This document shows, one piece after another, positions 15,046 through 25,000 of a stretch of 31,997 nt of DNA. The translations under genes and the position numbers were made by a program. The stretch's first letter is position 1. Each line of letters begins with the position of its first letter. Source of the DNA: an uncultured Methanosarcinales archaeon (GTDB lineage Archaea > Nanobdellota > Nanobdellia > Woesearchaeales > GW2011-AR9); NCBI GenBank assembly GCA_964373595.1, contig CAYJVI010000002.1:1-31997 (forward strand), read 5' to 3'. The notes below the pieces were generated by a model that ran no database searches, was not told where the DNA came from, and was given only the letters and a program-made list of their open reading frames with translations.

Positions 15046-16317
15046 ATGGATAACGAAAATTTGAGAAATATCTGGGAATTATTTGGTGTTAAAGAAAACC
15101 CCTTTTCAACTTCCCCGCTTCTTGTTGTTGGGGGCACCATCCCTATAGATTCTTTTGTTGGAAGAAAAGAACACATTAAAAGATTGTACAAAATTCTGAG
15201 TTCACGAGGAGGTTCAAGAACCTTCGTTTTTGGGGATATTGGTGTTGGAAAAACTTCTTTCGTAAACGTGGTAAGAAATGCGGCGTTTTCTAATAAATAT
15301 TTTACTCCATTTAAGGAAATTACGGTACAGGAGAATTGGAGTCCTGATGAGTTTATCTTGAATACCATTGCTGCAATCTACGGCACCCTAAAATTACTGA
15401 AGGATAAACCAGTACGTGAAGAAATTTTCAAAAAATTAGAACTATTATTTTCTGTTGGGAGGAATATAAATTTTGGCATCTCTGTGGGCGGGTTTGGAGG
15501 AAATTATGGTCAGGAAATATCACCTCCAGAATTATTACCAACTACAAATCTTTATGCCTTGTTTGAAGAAATCATCGAAGAGATTAAAAAAAATACCTCC
15601 AGAGATGTGATTATCCATTACAATAACTTAGAACTTCTTCATGAAAAAAAATTAAGAACGATTTTTCAAAATCTACGAGATTTTTTCCAGACGCCAGGAA
15701 TTCATTTTATTTTTGTGGGTAATTTAACTGTACATTCTATCCTGCAAAGTATACCTCGTTTTTCTTCTAATTTGACTGACACACCATTCCATATCGAAAC
15801 TTTAACGTTAGAAGAAGTAAAAGAAATACTAAGAAAAAGATTTGAGGCACTCCGTATCTCTAAGGAATACAATATTATTTATCCTTATACTAGTGAGTGT
15901 TTACAAATATTATATGAGCTTATGGATGGAAACATTCGAAACACGCTCAATAGTTTATCTACCGCAGTTCTCGAAATAACGCCAGAAAGACCAGTTATTT
16001 TAGATAGAAATAATCTCTCAAGGACCTTGAAAGGTGTTTTAGAGAAAAGATATTTACACGCCTTAACTCCAAGGACTAGAGAAGTCTTAAATGAAATTGT
16101 TAAGCACACTGAAATCACCAACAAAACTCTTTCGGATAGGCTAAACATACCGCGATCTAATATCTCAACATATATAAGAGAATTAGAAAATACTGGCTGC
16201 GTATATTTACGAAGAAAAAATGGTAAAGATAAATATTGGAGTCCGGAACCAAAAATCAAATGGTTACTTCTTAAAGAAAGTGCCCAAACAACTCTAAATT
16301 TTCCGATGCAGGAGTAA
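15046..16317 (+). CDS. AAA+/P-loop ATPase with C-terminal winged HTH (archaeal ATPase / ExeA-like N-terminus), 423 aa
   Basis: FGVKENPFS N-motif, Walker A GDIGVGKTS, atypical Walker B VIIHYNNLE, HFIFVGN; wHTH ITNKTLSDRLNIPRSNISTYIRELENTGCV; AT-rich relative to flanks. Confidence 0.82.
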   Translation: MDNENLRNIWELFGVKENPFSTSPLLVVGGTIPIDSFVGRKEHIKRLYKILSSRGGSRTFVFGDIGVGKTSFVNVVRNAAFSNKYFTPFKEITVQENWSPDEFILNTIAAIYGTLKLLKDKPVREEIFKKLELLFSVGRNINFGISVGGFGGNYGQEISPPELLPTTNLYALFEEIIEEIKKNTSRDVIIHYNNLELLHEKKLRTIFQNLRDFFQTPGIHFIFVGNLTVHSILQSIPRFSSNLTDTPFHIETLTLEEVKEILRKRFEALRISKEYNIIYPYTSECLQILYELMDGNIRNTLNSLSTAVLEITPERPVILDRNNLSRTLKGVLEKRYLHALTPRTREVLNEIVKHTEITNKTLSDRLNIPRSNISTYIRELENTGCVYLRRKNGKDKYWSPEPKIKWLLLKESAQTTLNFPMQE

Positions 16318-16334
16318 AGACTTATCAGTAAATC

Positions 16335-16889
16335 TCAATCGCACAAATACAGCACATTCTCCACTAATCCTGCTTCCGTAGTTATAGGAAACAGCCCTGA
16401 ACTATCCCTTTCTTTATATGGAGGGCAGCTTCCTTTCCCCACTTCTGCAAGAGTGACCGGCTTTTCTCCCGCGCGGGGCACCAATTGGGAGCGAAACTCA
16501 TACTTCTTGTTCCAGCTTCCCAGAGTTTGACTTAACAAATGGGCGGTCATCTCCTCAAAAAATGCACAGCTATGCAGCCACTCTCCAGAAATGGGCCCTT
16601 TACATTGGTAGTGGGAATTAGTTTCCCGGTACAGTGCGCAATCTTGAACAATATCTCCCCCCAACCTGGGAGTTAAGCCTTCGGCTTCTTGAGTGCGGCA
16701 GTCTGCATTTTCGCTCACGGTCGCTTTCATGAGCGCGCTCATGGTGCTGTAAGCTAATCCTTTACGGGTAAAAATCTTTTTCTGCGGATCTGATTTCATG
16801 GCAAAGGTAGCTAAAAATAACATTCCCAGGGTGATGAGTATGACGATCACCACTAATCCGATAACTTCCATCTGGGCTTTCTTTCTCAT
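16335..16889 (-). CDS. Class III signal peptide (pilin-like) protein, 184 aa
   Basis: MRKKA/QMEVIGLVVIVILI; ATGA overlap with the upstream gene. Confidence 0.85.
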   Translation of the reverse strand: MRKKAQMEVIGLVVIVILITLGMLFLATFAMKSDPQKKIFTRKGLAYSTMSALMKATVSENADCRTQEAEGLTPRLGGDIVQDCALYRETNSHYQCKGPISGEWLHSCAFFEEMTAHLLSQTLGSWNKKYEFRSQLVPRAGEKPVTLAEVGKGSCPPYKERDSSGLFPITTEAGLVENVLYLCD

Positions 16890-17425
16890 GAATAGACCTC
16901 CACTGAAATGTAACCAAAACTGTATTTCGTTTGCGCAACACCGGCCAGGTCATCTTTTAACGTCACCACAAAAAAAGTAGGCTCTTTCCTGAGGTAATCC
17001 GGTTTAGGCTTATCATATAAAATCCACGTTTTCTCGTCTTCATCCGGATACACTTCATGGACAGTTATTTTTGCATAGGAAAATAGTTCAAAATAATACT
17101 CCTCAAGATGGCCTTTTATAGTCGCGCTGGCTGAATCCAGCTTTAGCACGTCAAAACAATTGTCTTCCGGTTCGGCTTCCCCTCTACTGCAGATCAATTC
17201 CGGCATGAACAGCGCTTTCAGCGTTGTTTCTATGGCTCTTGCGCCTAACAATTCTTCCTGCTTCTCCTGAAACGCGGACTGCTGATAGCGGAAATAAAAA
17301 ATGATGCCAAAAAGCAAGAGTATGAAAAATATGAACAGGACGGCAATAGTTTCAGTCATCTGCATTTGTCCTTTTTTAGTCATTTTATTTTCCCCAGTTT
17401 TTCTTCTGGTTTCTCTTTCTTCCAT
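16886..17425 (-). CDS. Class III signal peptide (pilin-like) protein (ATG 17425 or 17383)
   Basis: MTKKG/QMQMTETIAVLFIFFILL; the track start at 17431 is TTG; GGGGA precedes ATG 17383. Confidence 0.83.
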   Translation of the reverse strand: MEERETRRKTGENKMTKKGQMQMTETIAVLFIFFILLLFGIIFYFRYQQSAFQEKQEELLGARAIETTLKALFMPELICSRGEAEPEDNCFDVLKLDSASATIKGHLEEYYFELFSYAKITVHEVYPDEDEKTWILYDKPKPDYLRKEPTFFVVTLKDDLAGVAQTKYSFGYISVEVYS

Positions 17426-17427
17426 TT

Positions 17428-18498
17428 TCAATAGAGCTGAGTACAGATCTCCAGATTGGTATTAACTTTTTTCAATTGTTGCGCGCCGTCAATAAGGTCG
17501 ATACAGTGTTCCGGCACTGTTTGACAAGCGGCTGCTACACTGCTCAACTTAGCTAAAGTCTTGACAGCGTTAAGTTCATTGCCTTCTAAATATCCCCAGC
17601 ATGCGCTTCCCGGAATAGGTTTATAATACGTTATAAGTTGTTGCAGTTTTCCGTCATACACTTCAGTCAGATATTGCAATCGTTTAAACGCTTTCATCAT
17701 GTTGCACCAATATAATTGATCATCAGCAGAAAATATAGCAGCATATTTCGCGGCATCCCTCTCTCCTCCCAAAGAAATAATCCTCATCGGACCTTTATTT
17801 GACTTCTGCCAGGAAGTTCCTTTCTTCTGATAAAAATCAAGCTGATTTTTTGCTGTGAATACCACCGCGCTCACTTCTTTATCGTCAAAAGATTGTAATT
17901 GCGGCGGAACTTCCCCCGCGGGAACAGAAGAGCCATCAGTATCGATGATACGCGCCTGCACATTTTCTTCCGCTTCAATCTGCTGCGCATCGAGAACGAA
18001 TTCCCGTTCAATCCCCTCGGTAGAGTTAAGGAATTCATTGACGAATTCGGCGTCATTTCCAACGATATAATATTTAACATTTGAAGGGATGACAAACAAA
18101 AAATCCATCACCTTAAACGGAAGAGTATAAGGCAGGCTCCAGGTGACAATCCGTGAACTTTTGATTTCATGCGGGGCGAAGAGCGGATCGATGCTATTTT
18201 GCGTCCTCGCCGGCCGGTCTTTGATGCCGAATTCGCTGACTCCATTATCGCAGCTAAAATATAAAGTATAATCCGCAAGACCGCTGGCATCAATAAAATT
18301 TTTGGTCTTTTCAGACACTCCTGCGCCGACCAGGATGGAACTCATGATCTGGACCACTTCCCCGGACAAGCGCTCTTCAGAAACCTGCTTCTGCTTTACC
18401 ACCAGACTGAAAAAAAAAAGTAAAATGACTGCGCCGGCTATGACTATGTACACCCAATTAAAGGTAACTTCCATCTGGCCTCTTTTCTGGAATGCCAT
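17428..18498 (-). CDS. Class III signal peptide protein, 356 aa
   Basis: Start at ATG 18498, 5 nt after the upstream stop; MAFQKRG/QMEVTFNWVYIVIAGAVILLFF. Confidence 0.85.
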   Translation of the reverse strand: MAFQKRGQMEVTFNWVYIVIAGAVILLFFFSLVVKQKQVSEERLSGEVVQIMSSILVGAGVSEKTKNFIDASGLADYTLYFSCDNGVSEFGIKDRPARTQNSIDPLFAPHEIKSSRIVTWSLPYTLPFKVMDFLFVIPSNVKYYIVGNDAEFVNEFLNSTEGIEREFVLDAQQIEAEENVQARIIDTDGSSVPAGEVPPQLQSFDDKEVSAVVFTAKNQLDFYQKKGTSWQKSNKGPMRIISLGGERDAAKYAAIFSADDQLYWCNMMKAFKRLQYLTEVYDGKLQQLITYYKPIPGSACWGYLEGNELNAVKTLAKLSSVAAACQTVPEHCIDLIDGAQQLKKVNTNLEICTQLY

Positions 18499-18503
18499 GT
18501 TCG

Positions 18504-19061
18504 TCAGCCTGATGATCCGGTGATGCATGCTTCTGCATCTGCGCATGATAACTCCGTCCTATCTCCTTTCCCTTCAAGAACGACGGAAAACGAACCCTGC
18601 TTTATAGGTACACAGAGGAAGCCCTTTCCCTGCTCTGGATTGATACTTATTGTATGCACTTTCATTTTCACCGGCGCTGAAGGCTTGAGAAAAACATTTT
18701 CATCGATGGAATCGTACCCCGTAGAACTTTCCCAAACGCTGCAGGCGACCTGATCCAGAACACATAGTTTCTCTAATTCTTTAGTATCTTTATCGGCATC
18801 CATATCCACAAAACAGATCTGCCGGTACTGAGCAGGGAGAGTGAATGTTTCGACACGAACGGAACCATATTCAGTATACAGCTTTTTTATGGAACTTTCT
18901 AAACCGGTCTTAAACTGGACAAAAGCTACCTCTTCTCCGCTCTGCAAAAATCCAGAGATAGCTCTGTATCCAAAAATCATGATAAAGGCGAAGGTGATGG
19001 CTGCTACTATAAACACAAAAACCTGTCCCACGCCTAACCCTTTTTTTCCTCTCAAGGACAT
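18504..19061 (-). CDS. Class III signal peptide (pilin-like) protein, 185 aa
   Basis: MSLRGKKG/LGVGQVFVFIVAAITFAFIMIFGY. Confidence 0.83.
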   Translation of the reverse strand: MSLRGKKGLGVGQVFVFIVAAITFAFIMIFGYRAISGFLQSGEEVAFVQFKTGLESSIKKLYTEYGSVRVETFTLPAQYRQICFVDMDADKDTKELEKLCVLDQVACSVWESSTGYDSIDENVFLKPSAPVKMKVHTISINPEQGKGFLCVPIKQGSFSVVLEGKGDRTELSCADAEACITGSSG

Positions 19062-19091
19062 AGCACCTTTACTCTTTTTATTTTACTCTTT

Positions 19092-22000
19092 TTACTCTTT
19101 TCTTTTTTTGCTGATTTGCCGAAGTTTTTCAAAAATATCTTTGGCTTCGCCTTTGTCCAGCACTTCGTGTATTCCTTTTTCCTTAGCCTGTTCAGCAATT
19201 TGTTCTAACTTTCCGAACACGCCTTTTTCTTCCCGCCGAAGGCCGGGCTTAATTTCTTCCTTATGCTCAACGTATTTCCGGGCTAAAGTCCCCACCTTGG
19301 AAAGATGGTCGCCGGTGCTCCGCAGAATCGGCTCCAGATGGGGAATGGCGGCAGACTCCCTGCTAAATTCGCCAAAGACTGCTTTTCTGGCGCGTTCTTT
19401 GCTCCGCTCTTCGCGCTCCCTTCTCAATGAAGCTAACTTCTGGGCCCATGATTCTACTATTTTTCGCGGCTGTATCGTTGGAAAAGTAGGAGCTGCTGCT
19501 CTTGCCGCTGAAACTTGCCGGGCTGGTCTTTGAACACCCGTCAATTTATAATAATTATAATAATAAACCAAATACCCCATTCCTCCTAAGACCAGCAGTA
19601 ATCCTAAAATGAGGAATATCCAGGCCAGTACATCAATACCTTCTTCTTCCTCACCCATAAATTCTGGCGCAAAAGGCTCTTCCGGGCGGGCATCTGCTAC
19701 ACAGGGATTAAATTCTTTGGTGTATTCTTCAAAACTGCTGTAGCCGTCTTGATCATAATCTTCGAGATTATCGCTTACCCCATCTGCATCGGAGTCGGTA
19801 CTGAGGAAATTAAGCTCGCAGCCTGCTTCATCATACAATCTTTCCCATATGTCCGGCAATCCGTCTTTATCGCTATCCTTGCTTCTTTCTGATTCTGGAA
19901 CTTGTCCGGCAGCACAGCCAACTTCATCAGCAACTTTTCCTGCTGCTGTTTCTGGACATTGATCACAGCTGTCAAGAACTTTATCGCCATCAGCGTCGAG
20001 AAGAGTTATTTTTTCGGAACCGGTATAATTGTTTCTGGCGCTGTCTTTGACTGCATAACACAGCCATCCGGAAGCATCAAACAGCACTTTTTGCCCATTG
20101 TAGGCAAGAACTGGCTGGCATAAACCTGCTGAAGAGGCTTTTCCATAGGTGATGCTACAGCCAGTTGCGTCTTCACACTGCAGTTCTACTGGCGTGGAAG
20201 TGCAGCTTTCAGGAAGAGAATCATTAATTACCACTACCACGCCTGGAGCGCCAGTATCATTTTGACATGCCGAATAACTAGTAGAGGTAGCGACAAATCC
20301 GTCTCCTTGGGCAAAGCTCTTTGCTACATTTCCTGCTCCGTCGATGACCAGAACTTTTACTGCATAGGTATGCCCTTCAACTAAATTAGCTGTAGGCACT
20401 CGTATCGGTAATCCCGGGCCGACTGTTGCATTTAATACTAATGTGCCTGACTTCCCTGAAGGCGAACCAAATGATGATGAACCAAAAGAGTTACTTACGT
20501 TAGATCTATTTACATTCCTATTTGCGGTCAATCCCGAAGATTCACCTGAAGAGCCGCCAACATCGTATACTTCATAATAATAACCAGATACATTTTCTTC
20601 AGTTGTAGCAATCATTACATCCATTTCGCTTCCGCCGCAGGTGTAAGAACCGTCATTCACACTCTGGATAACCGGCGGAGACAAATCAACCGTAAACTGA
20701 GCATTCGCTTCCGCGATATGATCACCCATGATGCAGCGGACTGGAATGAGATATTTCTTTTCCTCCAACACGCCAAGCGACGCTGAATGAAGATTGGTAT
20801 TTGCTCCCGACGAGAAGGCAACGTATTCCGGTCCTGACTTATATTCGCAGACAGCTCTTTTAGTCGTTTCAACAGTCAAAGTAGCATTTTTCTCTTTGAT
20901 ATACCCGCTGGGGGTAATACCAGCAATGCCGCCGAGAGCAGCATAATCGACCACAAAGCGGATTTCTTTCACCTCAGAAACATCGCCTGCTCCATTCTTG
21001 CATTGAACATTCAAAACATATTCTTTCTTGGCGCCAAGGAAATTGATGTTAAAAGTGGTTTGGTGTATGATATCAAGTTTCTTCTCTCCAGCGCCCGGGA
21101 AAGAAAATTCCATGGTGTCGTATTCGCTGCTTCCTGAACCATCAGAATTGTCGCTGTACTTGCAGAGCGTTTTATCGTCTGTTTCTGCCAACAGCTGAGT
21201 AGTAATCCCCTCCACAATCGATCGGGGCGTTGCCGAGGCGCTCTTTATGGTCGGTGATGTGGGATCATATTCCAATATGAGTTTTTGTTCTGGTCCGAGT
21301 TCTCCTTCCGGATTTTTGCATTTGACATACAACTGCTTGCTGCCGCCAATTCGCGGATATTCTGAGAATACGCTCTTGGGAAAACTTTCAATGCTATATT
21401 TCCCTTCACCGTTTGGAGCCAATATTTTGTACGAAGGCATAGCTTCATAGTTAAATCCTGGCGTGAAATCAAACTTGCACTGCGCCGTCGGTACTTTAGT
21501 AAAGAACTGCAACGTAAACTCTTCTTTGTTGCTGATGCCCCACTTTTCATCCCGGTATCTATGCTCCGGTGGTTTTTCTAAAGTCAGGCCATACCCTTCT
21601 ATTCGAACCATTCCGCAGGCCGGCTGGTATACTGGATTCTTGGCTAAATCAGTTGAATAATAACATATCTTGCTGCTTTGATTTAAAGCGACAGTGCCGC
21701 TGTATGTTTTATACCCGGGATTATTGATTAACTCGCATCCTTCCCCCAGGCAGTAGAAAGTTTTGTCACACTGAAATCCTTCCTTGCGGCATTCAAAGTC
21801 AGCCAACGCAGAGCGCACAAAGAACTCTTCCCAGCCATATCCTTTTGGTTTTACCTTGCGCGCGCCTTCCTTAAGAATAATATCGGTTCCCGGAGCGCTG
21901 AAATCGACGGTAAAGTGAAAGAAATCCTCATACGTTTTTCCGCCAAATAATTCCGTGCAGATTACCTTGTATTCGCCGGCATATTCCTTTTCAATAAATC

Positions 22001-25000
22001 CTGGCACCGGATTAGTTTTATGTTTCTTTCCATTTTCATCGCTGATAAAATCCGCAACTTTTTGATTGTTGGCAGAAAGGTACAGTCCGCAGCTTGCTCC
22101 CGCGACTGTTTCTACTTCAAACACTACCTTGGCCGAACTGACCGCGCCATATAATTTCGGCTGCAGCACATTAATCTTTTCCTGAAGATCAAAGGTGTAT
22201 GCTTTCTGCTTGACATTTTTATTCCCCTGATTATCTTCGCAGGTTACGGTAAGTTCCTGCTTGACTCCCTGCAGATCTTTAAACAGAGCTTCTTTCTTTT
22301 GAACTGTTCTATCAACAGTTTTTACCTGCGCTCCTCCTGCCGGCACCATTTGCTGCAGGCTAAAAGAACATACCATGGGCTCATTGGTTCCATCCAGATA
22401 TACTGATAAGGAAGTTTTGTCGCCCGCAGTTTTAATTTCTTGATTAATCTCAAATTGAGGAGGGACATTGTCTACATAGACAAAAGTTGTCTGCACATTC
22501 TCCTGATTGAAATACTTATCTTTGGAATAAAATTTCAAGGCGTAGGTTTCACCAGGCACTTCTTTTTGCAGTGATTCCAGCACATTGACAATCACGGTTT
22601 CATCCTTCAACTTTCCAGGATACGGTTTCTCTTTGAAATTGGTGCAAATTCCGGGGCTCCCTGGTGCCGCGCTGGTCAAACAAAATCCAGCCACGCCGAG
22701 GGGGCTTTCCGCGTCCTTAGCTTGAAAAGTAATATTAGGCGCAGCTAAGGAAAGAATAGCTTGTCCTTTGGAAACAACCTTAGTGCTTGGCGCAGTGTTA
22801 TCGACGCGGCAATTTGCTCTGTCTCCCGCATTAGCAAATGAGGCACAATCATCTTTTCCATTTCCATCTCCGTCCTTCATGCAGGTGCCTGGGCCGTCTT
22901 TGAGGCCATCCCAAACACATCTCCCCCAGCTGCATTGATCTGATGAAAGGACGAATTCCTGACGATCATTTTTTTCCAGGTTTTGCCCGCCGCTGCATTC
23001 GCTTTCAAACTGATAGGAATAACAGTTAGTATCTGGAGTAGGTTTGTCGCCGCAGGAAGCGCAATATTTTAACGGTTTGTCTTTAGTCACAGAATTGGAA
23101 AAACAAGCGCCTAAGCTGGAACAAACCTGATCAGTGCAAAAGTAGTTTTCAAACAAACTTCCTTTAGGGCCGCATAATGAACATTTATCATCGTCATCGT
23201 AATCTTTTTCTACACAATATCCAGTTCCGGTTTCCGGAGTAACCGTGGTAGGTATATTTAACCCAGAAAATAGCTTACTATAATCAAGCAGCGGATTAGT
23301 GGCTGCGCTGCCTATCCACTGGCATGCTGCCCCAAAACAATTATTGATTTCACAGGCATCCTTGCTTCGGTAATCAAAACAGCTGGTTAGGGAATCGCAG
23401 CGGTTGCATTGGTTGACAATGCTGTTGCTGTAATCGTAGTAGCAATAATTTTTAGCCTGTTTCGGATCCTCTGAACCGTAGCAGACGCTTCGTGAATAAT
23501 ACAATCCAAACGGATCTGCTCCTTGAGAGAAAGCATTGCACATACCCGCATCTTTGCAAATGGCATTATGCTCTCCTACCTGAGCGCAGAACCACACCTG
23601 CGCTTCTCCATCCACAACCCCGTCGCTGGCAGAACAGTCCTGAGAAACAACCAGCTTATTTTGGTCATTGCAGCTCCAAATACTCTTTCGCTCATTGGCT
23701 TTCACCCGACAGAATAAATCCCAGCCGATGCTTTCAGAATAACGTCCTTCACAGTCTTCATCGCCCAGAGTAATAGCCGCTGCCGCCGGCTTTTTAGAAT
23801 TCTCTCCGGCATATACGGCTACAATTTCATATTTGTAGGTTTTGCCCCATTCAACCTTAGCATCAATCTTGGAATTTTCAGCAGCAGAAACAGTAAATTT
23901 ATCGACTTCAGCGTTATTATGGTATTTGGTAACCTGGTAACTAAACACTTCAGGACAGGGCTTTACCCATTGGAGCAAGACTTCTTCTTTACCCCGGACA
24001 TGACTGGCAGAAAATTTAACCACATCTTTAGGCGGATTTGGAGGAGTGCATTCGCCGATGAATTTTGTTAACGGCAAATCCATGGCCAGAGATTTTCCCT
24101 CCAGCACGGTAAATTTCTGAGAAACGCTATAATCCTGGTGTGTGGCTAAAATAGTGTGCTCTCCGGCAGGAAGAGAAAATTGATATTCGCCGGTAGGGGA
24201 AAACTTGGAATATCCCTTAAAGACGTTATCGATGTATAATTTTGCGCCGTTGATTTCTTCCTTAGGGTCGCATTTTTTATTTTTGTTATCGTCAATACAA
24301 GTTTTTCCTTTAATTCCCTGAAACCCTGCGCTGGCTAATTGAAAGTTAACCGTAACTGCTCCTTCGCCTACAGTAATATCTTTCTTCTGAGGAAGGAAAT
24401 TCGGCTTGCTGGCAATAACCAAATACTTGCCGACGGGAAGATCGGGGATAACATACTTGCCGGCATCATTTGTTTTTATTTGCCCGCTGACAGGGCCGCT
24501 CCAGGAAATAGTTGCGCCGGCAAGAGGAAGATTATTCTGATCCAGTACTTCGCCTTGTATGCTTCCAACGCCAACTGCTTTCATCAGAACTATATTTTTC
24601 GCTACTTTTTCACCGGGCTGTAAGGTGAGCGAAAGTGACGCCGGTAAATATCCGATTAGGACAACTTTAACTAAATATGTTCCCGGATTAAGCTCAAAGG
24701 CATAACTTCCGGAAGGATCCGTTTTCTTTTGTAATCCCGTTCCTTCCAGGGAAAAATCTGCGCCTTCAAGCGGTTTGCCGTCTTGATTCTTAACTATCCC
24801 GCTTAAGCTTGCTTTTACGACTTTAATATTGCAGAGCTGGTTGCACTTATCCGTGTTCATGCCCAGCTCATTATTATAAATACGATCTTGAAGGGGAACC
24901 CCAAACTTTGCAGCCCTATCATCGCATTGAAACTTATTGAGATTGAACTGGCAGAAATTCTTAGCAGGAATATTGCAGCAGCCAGGAGAACACCAGTAGG

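Noticed and set aside
15046-16317. Calling the ATPase the pilus assembly motor or Cdc6/Orc1
   Set aside because: Lacks recognisable VirB11/ArlI Asp/His boxes; Walker B and overall motifs do not match Cdc6 well enough; a C-terminal wHTH alone is not diagnostic
8543-19061. Archaellum operon interpretation
   Set aside because: No archaellin-like N-terminal consensus and no arlH/arlI/arlJ homologs visible
19068-19100. Three copies of TTTACTCTTT at the end of the giant gene
   Set aside because: Low-complexity A-rich sequence, partly encoding KKRKE; too short and irregular for a CRISPR or functional repeat
18841-19533. 230-aa plus-strand ORF
   Set aside because: Antisense to two well-supported minus-strand genes; Ser/Phe-rich mirror of Lys/Glu-rich coding sequence
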